From an uncultured Rhodobacteraceae bacterium (lineage in GTDB: Bacteria > Pseudomonadota > Alphaproteobacteria > Rhodobacterales > Rhodobacteraceae): a DNA stretch of 64,000 nucleotides. The stretch lies in the NCBI GenBank assembly GCA_943787605.1, contig CALSNB010000001.1, forward strand, positions 81,404 to 145,403. The letters run 5' to 3'. A program made the translations under genes and the position numbers. Below the pieces are notes generated by a model. That model searched no databases. It worked only from the letters and a program-made list of their open reading frames with translations, and was not told where the DNA came from. This document shows positions 18,941 through 29,714 of the stretch, piece by piece (position 1 is the stretch's first letter; each line of letters opens with the position of its first letter).

Positions 18941-19858
18941 ATGACCATCACACACCTTATTACTCATTCTGGTGGCTTTCATGCAGACGAGTTGTTGTCT
19001 TCTGCAGTACTCACGCGGTTATTTCCTGCAGCACAGTTGCTACGCAGTCGTGATCAGTTATGGCTCACTCCGGGATCTGATAAAATTATTTATGATGTAG
19101 GGGGAGTGTACGATGTTGAGGCACAGGTTTTCGATCACCATCAGCGTCCTGGCCCACTTCGTAAAGATGGTCACCCGTTTAGCTCTTTCGGTCTTATTTG
19201 GGCCCACTACGGACAAGATTATTTAGCAGCAATTAGTATTCCTGATGAGGACATCGAGGCCATCCACGCCAAGTTTGATACAGAATTTGTAATGCCTATT
19301 GATCTACTCGACAACGGAGCGATTGAACCATCTGTGGCGGGGCCACTTGCGAACTTGACTTTGCCAGCTCTCTTAGAAAGCTTGAAGCCAGTATTTGATG
19401 ACACGTCATCAAGTGCTAATGACGATGCATTTTTTGTAGCGTTACCCATCGTACGTCATTTTATTGAGGCGATACTCAGTGGTTTTGCGGCGGAAGCACG
19501 CGCCCTGGGGATTGTGAAAGAGGCAATTGATAAAGTTGGTACATCACAAATACTCGAGCTTCCGACAGGTATGCCCTATAGCTCTATTCTTGATGACGTG
19601 AGGGCTGACCATATACTGTTTGTTATTCATCCACGTGGAAATGATTGGACACTTAATGGTATTAAACTGTCAAAGTATACTTTCGATCAACGTGCCGATT
19701 TACCAGCTTCTTGGGCTGGTTTGACAGATAGTGCACTCGAAGTTGTAACTGGTGTCAAAGGTGCAAAATTTTGTCATAATGCTCGTTTTATTGCTGTTGC
19801 AAGCACACGTGAGGCAATTTTAGAAATGGCTCATAAAGCAGTTCAAGTCGTTCAATAA
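18941..19858 (+). CDS. MYG1/UPF0160-family metal-dependent hydrolase
   Basis: N-terminal THSGGFHADE motif plus DHHQ, and a size of 305 aa. Confidence 0.8.
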   Translation: MTITHLITHSGGFHADELLSSAVLTRLFPAAQLLRSRDQLWLTPGSDKIIYDVGGVYDVEAQVFDHHQRPGPLRKDGHPFSSFGLIWAHYGQDYLAAISIPDEDIEAIHAKFDTEFVMPIDLLDNGAIEPSVAGPLANLTLPALLESLKPVFDDTSSSANDDAFFVALPIVRHFIEAILSGFAAEARALGIVKEAIDKVGTSQILELPTGMPYSSILDDVRADHILFVIHPRGNDWTLNGIKLSKYTFDQRADLPASWAGLTDSALEVVTGVKGAKFCHNARFIAVASTREAILEMAHKAVQVVQ

Positions 19859-20034
19859 TAAAAGTTAATTTAACACATTAATTCTTAATAACACTGCGTA
19901 CGCGTATAATTATTTTTTGGGCATTACGGTGAGTTATGAAAGACGATTGCGAACTTGACAAGATCAAATGCTACTGCCACTGAGGCTTTCTCTCGCTTAC
20001 TATAGTTCAGCATTTTATAAAGGATATTTGGTAT

Positions 20035-20927
20035 ATGGAAAACCTACGTGGTATTACTTTTATGCTTCTTGCGATGGGAGGATTTGCAATTGAAGATGGA
20101 CTTATTAAAAGTTTAACTAAAGATATTCCTGTATCACAAATCCTTATTTAGATATTCCTGTATCACAAATCCTTATTCTACTTGGCACTGGTGGAGTCAT
20201 TATGTTTGCTAGTCTTGCCTTTTTAAAGGGCGAAAGCTTTTACTCGCCACAAATGCACAGCAAAGCATTTGTAGTTCGTTTTGTGTCTGATATTTTGTCA
20301 CCCTTATTTTTTCTTCCAGCGATCGCGTTGATACCACTTTCCACAGCGTCCTCCATATTACAGGCTATCCCAATTTTAGTTACTATGGGGGCTGCATTAG
20401 TTCTTGGCCAAAAAGTTGGATGGAGGAGATGGAGCGCAATTTCAATCGGTTTTTTTGGTGTGCTGCTTATTGTTAGGCCAGGTATGGCCGGTTTTGACCC
20501 GGCATCAATATTAGCGATTCTGGGAGCAGTATTTCTCGCCTCTAGAGATCTTGCTACGCGTGTGATGCCTTCGGGTTTGTCAACAATTATATTAACTACT
20601 TATGCTTTTGGGGCGAGCATCATTGCAGGCATTTTTCTTATACCCTTCTTTGAGCCATTACTCTGGCCAACGCCAACACAATGGGTTTGGCTTTTAATAC
20701 TTACGTTATCAGGTGGTCTGTCCTACGCTGCTATCGTAATTGCTACCCGTGCCGGGGACGTTGCGGTGATTGCACCATTTCGTTATTCACGTTTGATATT
20801 TTCATTGATAATAGCAGTTTTATTTCTAGGAGAACGTCCTGACTGGCAAACATTATGTGGCGCTACAATTATAATTTTTGCGGGACTTTACACCTTTTGG
20901 CGCGAACAGATTAAATTTCGTCAGTGA
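20035..20927 (+). pseudogene. EamA/DMT-family transporter interrupted by a 29-bp tandem duplication
   Basis: The N-terminal 38 codons (MENLRGITFMLLAMGGFAIEDGLIKSLTKDIPVSQILI) end at TAG 20149-20151, which the duplication creates. Removing one 29-bp copy joins them in frame to track ORF 20202-20927. Confidence 0.75.
20121..20178 (+). repeat. 29-bp direct tandem duplication (2 copies, 28/29 identical)
   Basis: agatattcctgtatcacaaatccttatt occurs at 20121-20148 and again at 20150-20177, giving a period of 29 nt. Confidence 0.9.
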
Positions 20928-20994
20928 TAAATTGGGTTTTGTATTTTAAATTTTATCAAATTTCTGGATAAATTTTTTAAACTTTTAGAGCTTT

Positions 20995-22311
20995 CTATTT
21001 GGTGGTTCCAAGTTGTTTAAATAATAATGAGACATTACTTTCTTTAGGTAAATTTTGTGCCTTTTCTAAGAAAGAGTTCGCCCATTTATCACCAAGAACT
21101 GGTGTAGTAAGGAAACGAAATTTATCCCAAATTAATGTATCAGAGACTTTATTTTCGGGATCACCTTGCGCTTCAGTTTTGTCTGAAGATAAAACTTTTC
21201 CATCTTTTAGAACCAAATGTACGCGAGCAAACCTCTGAGCTGGAAAAGCAGAGTTAAATTCATCAGTTTCAGAAATTTCAACTAGTTTGCTCAAATTTAA
21301 GGCGTCCTTATCAGTAAGACCATTAGCAGTAATATGGCTCACGTTAATTGTTCCATGTATTAACGCTACAGCTACAGAAAATGGTAACGAATATTGAGCT
21401 TGTTCAGTATTTGTAGGAATAACATTCAACCTCTTTGCCTCATGAAAACTTTCAACCTTAATTTTTGTAATTTGGTCTGCTGTTACGTCGTGCTGTTGGG
21501 TCAAAGAAATTATAGCTTCAGCAGCGGGCTGGGCCCAACGGCATACTGGATAAAGTTTAATATATTGTTGTTCTACATACCAATTCTGACCTAAATCAAT
21601 CCAAAATCTATTTAATTCAGGATCTTCCATAGTGATGGCAGGTGCTCCTGTGAAGCCATCTTGAGCGAGATATCCGGCTGAAACACCTGCCATTGCGCCC
21701 CAACCTGATCCGTCCTTTACCATCGTTGGGGCATCAATACATCTCATCATCTGACTTCGAGGCCCATGATACTCTGCAATGCCAATAGCTTCACGAGTTT
21801 GCGCCTTAGTTAATCCCAACTGACGAGAGGTCAAAGCTGATGTGGCAAGTGCAATCCAAGCACCTGAAGTATGATAATCACAGGCACTCGAATGTAACGC
21901 AATACCAGCCCGAGTTCCAATTTCATAACCTATAACAATTGAAGTAAGCAATTCGCGCGGATCATTTACTCCCTCAGCTTCCATTACAGCAATCAAACCG
22001 GGTAAAACACCACATCCCACGTGACCTTTGGTCAACTTATGACCATCGTGTGCATCAAGTGAGTCTATAGTCATTCCATTGGCCAATGCTGCCCCTGCCG
22101 CACTTACTTTCCGCCCATCTTGCCAAAGCGTTGAACTATTTCCACCAAACTGGCGAACAGCATGAGCGTGGATGATTTGTGAAAGTTTGGTTTCAGATCC
22201 TCCAACAGCAACTCCAAGGGTATCAACAAAGCAGCGAATAGCTTCATGGACAACTGTGGAAGGCAGATTGTCGAAAGTAGTGTCATGAATAAAATCTAGA
22301 GAGGTCATCAT
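20995..22311 (-). CDS. MmgE/PrpD-family protein (2-methylcitrate dehydratase-like)
   Basis: N-terminal FIHDTTFDNLPSTVVHEAIRCFVDTLGVAVGG is typical of the PrpD family. Size is 438 aa. Confidence 0.85.
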   Translation of the reverse strand: MMTSLDFIHDTTFDNLPSTVVHEAIRCFVDTLGVAVGGSETKLSQIIHAHAVRQFGGNSSTLWQDGRKVSAAGAALANGMTIDSLDAHDGHKLTKGHVGCGVLPGLIAVMEAEGVNDPRELLTSIVIGYEIGTRAGIALHSSACDYHTSGAWIALATSALTSRQLGLTKAQTREAIGIAEYHGPRSQMMRCIDAPTMVKDGSGWGAMAGVSAGYLAQDGFTGAPAITMEDPELNRFWIDLGQNWYVEQQYIKLYPVCRWAQPAAEAIISLTQQHDVTADQITKIKVESFHEAKRLNVIPTNTEQAQYSLPFSVAVALIHGTINVSHITANGLTDKDALNLSKLVEISETDEFNSAFPAQRFARVHLVLKDGKVLSSDKTEAQGDPENKVSDTLIWDKFRFLTTPVLGDKWANSFLEKAQNLPKESNVSLLFKQLGTTK

Positions 22312-22679
22312 GCTAAAAAAGGCGCAGCGTCTATATTAATTAAGTCACTCATTTTATGATTTGATCATAAGCGAGGGTAACTACAACATTGGAGTCTTTA
22401 AATTGAGATTCAAAAGCCATTATTTTATCCCCATCGTGGTTACGGTATTATATGAACGTATTGTGAATCTGATAAGTTGAAAAGCAGTTTTTTTAAATAA
22501 GTTAACGACAAAAGTAGGTGAACATCATGTCAGTTTAAAAACTATTAGAGGGTGCTCATACGGAGATGGCTATTTTTTAGTAGTTTGTCATAAGTAGATA
22601 TTAGGAATTTTAGGTTGATTTTCCTCTGCCAATGGGTCAATGTTAATATTCGTGAAATGTCTGTGGAGAATAGAAACTA

Positions 22680-23474
22680 ATGACTATGCATACGTTGAAA
22701 AAAGAAGTTCATGACCTGCGTGAGGACTATAATGAAAATGGTGTGGTTGTTATTAAAAATGTTTTAAACAACTATTGGTTAGAAGTTTTGCAAGAAGCTA
22801 TCGAAATACAGGTCCAAGAGAAAAAGCGATATTTCGATAATCGTAATATGCGGATGCAGTCAGGTGGTTTCAGAGATTTCTGTCTTCATTCGGGAATTGG
22901 CAAGATAGTTGCAGAGCTCGCAAACTCACGCCGTACATCGTTGGTGTTCGATCAAATGTTTGTAAAAGAAGTTGGCACCAAAACTCGAACAGGGTGGCAT
23001 ACCGATCAACCTTACTGGCCAATAGATGGTCCCATTATGACTACGTGGATTGCACTTGATCACGTAGATGATGAAAATGGTGCTCTTGAATTTATTCCAG
23101 GTTCACATAATTGGGGTAAAAAGTACCATCCCTTTTTAACTGATCAACTTGGCGCTTTTGTTAAGTATATAAAACCAGATGACCCCCAATATGATGAAAT
23201 GCCAGATTTTGAAAAAAATCGAGATAAATATGAAATTAAATCCTGGTCCTTGGACCCAGGTGATATGTTGGCTTTTGATGGTTTCATTGCGCACTCAGCT
23301 AAGGGAAATCAAACTGCCACTCGTCGACGTCGTGGCTATGCAGTGCGTTTTGCAACTGATGGTGCTACTTATGATCCATCGCAGGGTGTAGCTGATTGGC
23401 TGAAAGATGATACTCTTGAGCCGGGTGATCCGTTTGAAAGTGAAAAATTCCCCTTAGTATACAGCAAATCTTAA
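22680..23474 (+). CDS. phytanoyl-CoA dioxygenase (PhyH)-family Fe(II)/2OG oxygenase
   Basis: GWHTDQPYW (His-x-Asp), a distal His in FIAHSAKGN, and an Arg in RGYAVRF. Confidence 0.8.
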   Translation: MTMHTLKKEVHDLREDYNENGVVVIKNVLNNYWLEVLQEAIEIQVQEKKRYFDNRNMRMQSGGFRDFCLHSGIGKIVAELANSRRTSLVFDQMFVKEVGTKTRTGWHTDQPYWPIDGPIMTTWIALDHVDDENGALEFIPGSHNWGKKYHPFLTDQLGAFVKYIKPDDPQYDEMPDFEKNRDKYEIKSWSLDPGDMLAFDGFIAHSAKGNQTATRRRRGYAVRFATDGATYDPSQGVADWLKDDTLEPGDPFESEKFPLVYSKS

Positions 23475-23509
23475 TTTAATATGAGTAGATACTCTTTTTA
23501 GAGTGAGCC

Positions 23510-24436
23510 TTAGTCAGATCTATAAACGCTGCGCATAATGATTGGGGTCAAATACATTGGGATTTGATAACAACCTAAGAATATCAGTAATTGTTCTGAT
23601 TGCATTATTGGCAGGGCTATTAAAAACAAAGCAAAATTTCGATTGCCTGCAACAATCCCAATTGGAACGGCCAGGTCTGGATATCCTAATACCCGCATCA
23701 CATGGAATCCTATAAATTGGAGTCCAAGGTTTACAAAAAGTGCGAAGCCTAACCACTGAACTACAGACAAAGGATCGGAAACGATTGCCGGCCTCAACGC
23801 AGCCATAAGACCGACAACCATAAATGCAAGTGTCAATGTCATGAGCCCATCCAGCGCGACTGTTCGATCATTATCAAGCTTTGGTAAGATTAGGGCACGA
23901 AGTAAAAAGCCACTAAAAGCAGCAAAGATTATTGTTCCTAAAAGGTAAGCAGAAGCTGAAAAAACATATGTGAGTCCACCTAGTTCTGGGATAACCCAAA
24001 AAATAGGAATTACCGTTATGGGTAAAAGGGCTGTTCCTAATATCAAAGCTTGAAAAGTTGGTTCTGGTTGAGCACCTAAAAGAATTGAGAAGTTTGGTGC
24101 ACCTGTGATTGATGGAGCCGCAAGTATTAAAACTAAAGCAATAGCAAAGATAGAAGAGGAAACTCCAAAGTAACTGAAAACTCCCAAAGCCAATAATGGT
24201 AAGACAAGCTGAAGAGTCAGAACTGTTGTTATTAGTTGTGATGCTCTTTGAAAACTAAATATTACCTTTTGATGTCCAGTCCGAAATGCGGTGAAAAATA
24301 ACAAAAGAGCAACCATTTGAGGAAGGAAGTTTTTCAAAATGGCAGCGGCTCCAGGAAAACCAAAGCCAGCGATTAATCCAGCAACAAGGATATATCTTCC
24401 ATAAGCCGCAGCAAATATGAATAATCGCAACACCAT
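23510..24436 (-). CDS. SBF-like / bile acid:Na+ symporter (BASS)-family transporter
   Basis: 308-aa polytopic protein. The AAPSITGAP and VAGNRNFALFLIALP segments resemble the two BASS signature regions. Confidence 0.6.
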   Translation of the reverse strand: MVLRLFIFAAAYGRYILVAGLIAGFGFPGAAAILKNFLPQMVALLLFFTAFRTGHQKVIFSFQRASQLITTVLTLQLVLPLLALGVFSYFGVSSSIFAIALVLILAAPSITGAPNFSILLGAQPEPTFQALILGTALLPITVIPIFWVIPELGGLTYVFSASAYLLGTIIFAAFSGFLLRALILPKLDNDRTVALDGLMTLTLAFMVVGLMAALRPAIVSDPLSVVQWLGFALFVNLGLQFIGFHVMRVLGYPDLAVPIGIVAGNRNFALFLIALPIMQSEQLLIFLGCYQIPMYLTPIIMRSVYRSD

Positions 24437-24756
24437 CTAAGTCATTCCTCTACTACACTTTAGGATCATTTTATTATTTGATCTTTCCAGTAAAGTAATC
24501 ATTTTTGCAATCATTCATATCATCTTTGCTTTTGATTTCTAATTTGAGCTCTACTTTTTTCTCTAATAGCATCCTTGCGATTTTATCAATATTTCATATT
24601 CCTCACGTGTACTTTATCAAATACTAGTGCTAAGTATCTTTAAAAATAATGAAAAGTAACTAGTATAATTTACTATAAAAATCTCTATTATTTTTGTTTA
24701 ATCAGCTTTCTAAAGGTTAGTATTTATAAATTTTTTTTATTTAAAAAGGTAATGAA

Positions 24757-25713
24757 ATGAAAGGCTTTGATAAAAGGTTCTCAGATCTACCAGATTATAT
24801 TTTGAAATGCACAGCGCAGATCTGGGAAGGTCGTGATATTGCGGCACTTGATTGGCATTACTCTGATGATCTTTTGGTGAGATCTCCCGCTGGGATAAAT
24901 CGAGGAAACACCTCAGGAAAGTCCAATACAATGGCAACTCTTTCAGAGTTTCCTGATCGTGAACTCTTCGGAGAGGACGTTTTGTGGTGTGGGGATGAAG
25001 AGATTGGGTTTCTTTCTTCTCATCGTATATTTTCAACTGCGACGCATCATGGTGGAGCTTTTGGTCAGGCAACTGGGCTGAGGGTATCCTTTCGCACTAT
25101 TGCAGACACATACTGTTATAAAAATCGTGTGTGGGATGAGTGGCTCATCCGTGATAATGCCGCTATTGCACTTCAGCTTGGACAGAATGCAAAGGATGCA
25201 GCAATAGCAATGATTAATAGGGGGGATAGAGATACGCCCTTAACCCCGACCAATGACGTAGTAGGGCCTTATAAAGGTTCTGGAAATACTGAAGAATGGG
25301 GCGAGCGACACGCAACTATACTCAGACAGATTATGACTGCTGATTTTTCGGTTATAAAAGAGGAATATGATAGAGCCTGTCATCTGTCTCTTCCTGGTGG
25401 ACAGGAAGTACATGGGTGGAGTGAGGCGGATAAATTTTGGATTGGATTACGGAGCGCTTTTCCTACTGCAGAATTCAAGATTGATCATCAGATGGGTTGC
25501 GTTGATCCATTGCTCAGCCCACGTAGTGCTATACGTTGGTCTCTGACGGGTTCCCATGACGGTTGGGGTAGATATGGATCTCCTACGGGCTCAAACGTTC
25601 ACATTATGGGTGTCAGCCACGTGGAGTTCGGACCTTGGGGATTACGTAGAGAAGTTACTCTGTTCGATGATATTTCAATCTGGAAACAGATTTTGCTTCA
25701 AACTGGACTGTAA
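24757..25713 (+). CDS. tandem SnoaL/NTF2-fold protein, type A (predicted ester cyclase-like), copy 1
   Basis: 318 aa made of two NTF2-like halves. Collinear paralog of 28746-29714 (MKGFDKRFSDLPDYIL versus MKGFSDRFSNFPDYIL; shared C-terminal GVSHVEFGPWGLRRE). Confidence 0.7.
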   Translation: MKGFDKRFSDLPDYILKCTAQIWEGRDIAALDWHYSDDLLVRSPAGINRGNTSGKSNTMATLSEFPDRELFGEDVLWCGDEEIGFLSSHRIFSTATHHGGAFGQATGLRVSFRTIADTYCYKNRVWDEWLIRDNAAIALQLGQNAKDAAIAMINRGDRDTPLTPTNDVVGPYKGSGNTEEWGERHATILRQIMTADFSVIKEEYDRACHLSLPGGQEVHGWSEADKFWIGLRSAFPTAEFKIDHQMGCVDPLLSPRSAIRWSLTGSHDGWGRYGSPTGSNVHIMGVSHVEFGPWGLRREVTLFDDISIWKQILLQTGL

Positions 25714-25814
25714 TATGGAGTTAGTTAAGTTTGATACCATTTCCCATAATACCGTTGTTCTATACAAAAGTTTATTTGAAAATAAACCCAACTTACTCAG
25801 AGGAGATTTAATCA

Positions 25815-26525
25815 ATGGTTAAGACATTAATCCCTGAAGACTTACTTGTGTTGCTACGAGAGATCGATACTCCAACGGTTTGTAACGCAATCGAAGTGGT
25901 ACAGGGTAAAAGAGGTTTTAGTCGTTTTACACGAGGAACAATGCTCCATTCTAAACCTGGGGCCTCTGCCATAGTAGGGTTTGCCCGAACTGCAAAGATT
26001 GCAGGGTTGATGCCTCCTACAGAACCTATTGATGTCACGCGTGCACGCCGCATGGACTATTTTCGTTCAATGGCTGGAGGGCAAGGCCCCACTGCTGCTG
26101 TAATTGAGGATTTAGATTTCCCCAACTGTATTGCTGGTTGGTGGGGTGAGGTAAACGTTGCAGTTCACAAAGGGCTTGGTCTCATGGGTGCTGTTACAAA
26201 TGGTGTAATGCGTGACCTGGATGTCATAGATGATGGCTTTCCTGTTCTTGCGGGTTCAATTGGGCCAAGCCATGGTTTTGTCCATGTTGTAGAAATTGGT
26301 GAACCAGTGAATATTATGGGTATTGAGATAGCTCAGGATGAGTTAATACACGCAGACAGGCATGGCGCATTAGTAATTCCATCTGACGTTATTATGTCTC
26401 TGAAAGACGCTATTGGAACGGTCATAACCAATGAATCTATAGTTCTTGGCCCGGCGCGTGAACCTGGGTTTGATATAAAAAAACTGGAAGAAGTCTGGCT
26501 TAAGTTTGAAGCAGCCAGAACATAA
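25815..26525 (+). CDS. RraA-family protein (4-hydroxy-2-oxoacid aldolase / oxaloacetate decarboxylase-like)
   Basis: IDTPTVCNA, GWWGEVN...GAVTNGVMRD and ADRHGALVIP are typical RraA/HMG-aldolase fold motifs. Confidence 0.8.
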   Translation: MVKTLIPEDLLVLLREIDTPTVCNAIEVVQGKRGFSRFTRGTMLHSKPGASAIVGFARTAKIAGLMPPTEPIDVTRARRMDYFRSMAGGQGPTAAVIEDLDFPNCIAGWWGEVNVAVHKGLGLMGAVTNGVMRDLDVIDDGFPVLAGSIGPSHGFVHVVEIGEPVNIMGIEIAQDELIHADRHGALVIPSDVIMSLKDAIGTVITNESIVLGPAREPGFDIKKLEEVWLKFEAART

Positions 26526-26619
26526 TTAATATCGATTGTAGTGAAATACTCTAAAAAATTAAAACAAGTAAGATTGATGTAGCTAACTTCTAATAAGTAA
26601 TTATCGACACAAAATTTAA

Positions 26620-27747
26620 TTATTTGGAAGCTATTTTAGCACCTTCTGAAAGGCTTTTCAGTTTTGCATAAGCAATATCTGGATCTACAGATCCAAAACC
26701 GGCAAATGTACCAAAACCACAATCAGAACCGGCTATCACTCTATCAGGCCCAACAATATCTGAAAATCGATTGATCCGTTGCGCGACAAGTTCTGGGTGT
26801 TCAATAAAGTTTGTTGTTGTGTCAACTACACCTGGCACAAGGACTTTATTATCAGGAATCTCAGACTTACGATCACGAAATACTGTCCATTCATGTGCAT
26901 GCCGTGGATTTGAGGTTTCAAATAAAAGATACTTTGCTTTTGCAGACATTAATGTTGAAAATACTTTGTCCATACCAATATCACAGCAGTGTGGTCCCTC
27001 ATAATTACCCCAACAGATATGTATACGAACCTTGTCTTCGGGGATATTTTCCAGAGCATGATTGAGCGCATCGACGTGAGACGCGGCAACTTTCACAAAT
27101 TCACTGTCACTTAGCTCATTAAAAAGCATATGGCGTGATAGGGCGAGATCAGGGCAGTCAAGTTGCAGGTCTAGACCGGATGCAACAATTGTTTCGTACT
27201 CTTCACGCATAGTGTCGGCCAATGCTGCTAAATAAGATTCACGGTTCTTGTAATATGCATTTTGTAAGAATAAAGAAATTACTCCTGGAGAGGCTGCATT
27301 CATAAAGCCACGATCTACACCAGAAGCCTTCATCGCAGACTTTAAATTTCTTATATCTTTTTGTAACTCACTTTGGTCTTTGGAAGAAACTTTACCTGTA
27401 CATTGAGGGCGAGCATATTGAGGAGTTCCTCCATCGTTTGCTAATCGTTCCAAAAAACCAGGAAACATTTTTAGGTCAGCGGGTGCGTTACGTGGACTAT
27501 CACCAGAAAAGCCGTTGTAACGGTCTTTTACATAGGTCGCATAAGATATTTTTGACGTTTCACCATCACTCACTATATCAACACCAGAGTGCACTTGTTT
27601 TACCACTGTTTGTTGAACAGCGTTAGTCATTGTGGAGTCAAATTCAATTAGATCATATTCAACCTCATTTTCGCGAGCAAAAATAAAATCAACGACCCTT
27701 TGGCTACGTGGTAAACTACCTACATGTGATGTGAAAATTTTTGTCAT
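26620..27747 (-). CDS. MetE C-terminal-domain-like protein (cobalamin-independent methionine synthase II family)
   Basis: N-terminal TSHVGSLPR, a Zn-site-like HICWGNYEGPH, and GSDCGF near the C-terminus. Size is 375 aa. Confidence 0.8.
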   Translation of the reverse strand: MTKIFTSHVGSLPRSQRVVDFIFARENEVEYDLIEFDSTMTNAVQQTVVKQVHSGVDIVSDGETSKISYATYVKDRYNGFSGDSPRNAPADLKMFPGFLERLANDGGTPQYARPQCTGKVSSKDQSELQKDIRNLKSAMKASGVDRGFMNAASPGVISLFLQNAYYKNRESYLAALADTMREEYETIVASGLDLQLDCPDLALSRHMLFNELSDSEFVKVAASHVDALNHALENIPEDKVRIHICWGNYEGPHCCDIGMDKVFSTLMSAKAKYLLFETSNPRHAHEWTVFRDRKSEIPDNKVLVPGVVDTTTNFIEHPELVAQRINRFSDIVGPDRVIAGSDCGFGTFAGFGSVDPDIAYAKLKSLSEGAKIASK

Positions 27748-27766
27748 TAGAATTCCTTTTTAGTTT

Positions 27767-28735
27767 CTAGTCGTCAACCCAAGTTGGACCTGCAGGATCT
27801 TCATTTGAAAGAATGCGGTATAAACTGGCTTCACCAGTTACAGATGGTTCAATTCGATGTGAAAACCCAGGCTCCAACAAGCATGTGTCGCCAGGATTTA
27901 ATACCACGTTACCGCCTTCCCATGATAGCTTCCAGTGACCTCGCATTGGCATCAAAACTGCAGAGTTTTCAAATGATTCAGGAACTTCAAGGATAGGACT
28001 ACGTGTCAGAAAGTCGATATTGAACCCAGGCTTGTCTGGTAATATACCTTTTTCCCCGATCACCTGTATGGGTTCATGTGCTGCAAATGCCATTAGATCA
28101 TTATAACGGGCGACATAGCGAGGTACCAAGTTTTTGGCTTTAGGCTCTGGTACCTGAGCCAAGAAATCTTTTGAAAGGAGTGGCATAGGCTTAAGGTTTT
28201 CTGGCAAAGTCTCCCCTTTTTTACTATCATAGAGACGTCCGTTTTCACCTAAAATCAAACCGTGCTCTGCGGCGTCTTGGATTACTTGAGGAGCCCAAGT
28301 GACACCGCCTCCAGCATCATCTCCACCCAAAATTGCCATAATCATCCCATAATTTGAACCAATATTTTCAAAGCCACGAAAGATTCCAGTTGGAATATTT
28401 ATAATATCACCTTCCTCTAAAACTACCTCTCCCGCAGTTCCCCAGCGACCCCAAAAAAAGCGCCAACGTCCTTTGAGTACAAAAAACACTTCGGCTGTAG
28501 TATGTATATGTAGTGAGTTTCTGCATTGCGGTGGTTGGCCAGCCGCTCCTATATTAAAGCCAGGTGTCTCTCTCAAGTGGACGTGTTGGTCAGCACTTTC
28601 ACTAACGCCACCACCTATAATAGTGAAGTTTTCTTTTTGATCACTACCTGGAGTGTGAGCATCAATAAAAGCTGTCTTACATGGAATTAAGTCACCATAC
28701 CGAACAATTCGTTTTTCTATTTCATTGGGTGTCAT
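27767..28735 (-). CDS. bicupin-domain protein
   Basis: Two beta-barrel cupin modules: LHIHTTAEVFFVLKGRW...GDIINIP and MPMRGHW...GDTCLLEPGFSHR. Confidence 0.7.
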   Translation of the reverse strand: MTPNEIEKRIVRYGDLIPCKTAFIDAHTPGSDQKENFTIIGGGVSESADQHVHLRETPGFNIGAAGQPPQCRNSLHIHTTAEVFFVLKGRWRFFWGRWGTAGEVVLEEGDIINIPTGIFRGFENIGSNYGMIMAILGGDDAGGGVTWAPQVIQDAAEHGLILGENGRLYDSKKGETLPENLKPMPLLSKDFLAQVPEPKAKNLVPRYVARYNDLMAFAAHEPIQVIGEKGILPDKPGFNIDFLTRSPILEVPESFENSAVLMPMRGHWKLSWEGGNVVLNPGDTCLLEPGFSHRIEPSVTGEASLYRILSNEDPAGPTWVDD

Positions 28736-28745
28736 AGTGATTTCA

Positions 28746-29714
28746 CTATCCTTTTTTTAGTGCAATTTGTTTCCAAATTACAGTTTCATCAAATAAGGTA
28801 TATTCACGTCTCAGGCCCCAAGGCCCAAACTCTGCATGACTTATCCCCATGACATGAACGTCTGCACCTGTAGGCTGACCAAAAGTACCCCAGCCATCAT
28901 GTTTGCCGGTTAGACTCCAGCGAAGGGCCGCGCGTGGTGACATCTGAGGATCATCGCGACCAATCTGATGATGAATTTCAAATTTGGCAGAGGGGAATGA
29001 AGATCTTAACCCAATCCAAAATGCATCAACTCCATCAGTTGATACGAGTTCTTTCCCACCAGGGTAATAGCCAGTGATCGCGCGATCATATTTCTTGGGT
29101 ATTACGTTGAAATTTGCTGACATGATTTTAGTTAAAATTTCAGAATATTTGTCACCCCATGCATTATTGTTACCACGACCAGTATATGGGCCTACTTTAT
29201 CAATTGATGGGTGAAATGGCTTAACACATTCTGCTGGCCCACCCTCATCTTCAATCTGTTTAAGTGCATATTGGTATGGGTCCCAACCCATCTGGCGTAC
29301 AATTGCTCCTTGATCACGGATCAACCATTCATCATTGATTTGATTATTTATTGCATGACAATCTGCTACTATCCGATATTTTATAACCTTTCCTGTTGCT
29401 TTTCCGTATACACCATCACCAAGATGAGTGGCTGTCGACAAAATTCGATGTGACGATAACATTCCGTCTTCTGGGGTCCCAGACCAGATAACGTCTTCAC
29501 CCAGCAGACGTCGATCTGGGAATTCGGCGAGAGTTGCCATGGTCGCACCAATTACGTTCGCATTACCAATAACAAGAGATCCTGGAGATCTTACAATAAT
29601 ATCATTAGAATAATATGCATGTAGTGTCCCTATTCCACGGTCTTCCCAAATCTCTTTAGTAATCCCTAGTATATAGTCAGGGAAATTAGAAAAACGGTCT
29701 GAAAAACCTTTCAT
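28746..29714 (-). CDS. tandem SnoaL/NTF2-fold protein, type A, copy 2
   Basis: Paralog of 24757-25713. ATG 29714-29712 forms an ATGA overlap with the LacI-gene stop. An alternative start at 29723 would add MEH. Confidence 0.7.
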   Translation of the reverse strand: MKGFSDRFSNFPDYILGITKEIWEDRGIGTLHAYYSNDIIVRSPGSLVIGNANVIGATMATLAEFPDRRLLGEDVIWSGTPEDGMLSSHRILSTATHLGDGVYGKATGKVIKYRIVADCHAINNQINDEWLIRDQGAIVRQMGWDPYQYALKQIEDEGGPAECVKPFHPSIDKVGPYTGRGNNNAWGDKYSEILTKIMSANFNVIPKKYDRAITGYYPGGKELVSTDGVDAFWIGLRSSFPSAKFEIHHQIGRDDPQMSPRAALRWSLTGKHDGWGTFGQPTGADVHVMGISHAEFGPWGLRREYTLFDETVIWKQIALKKG

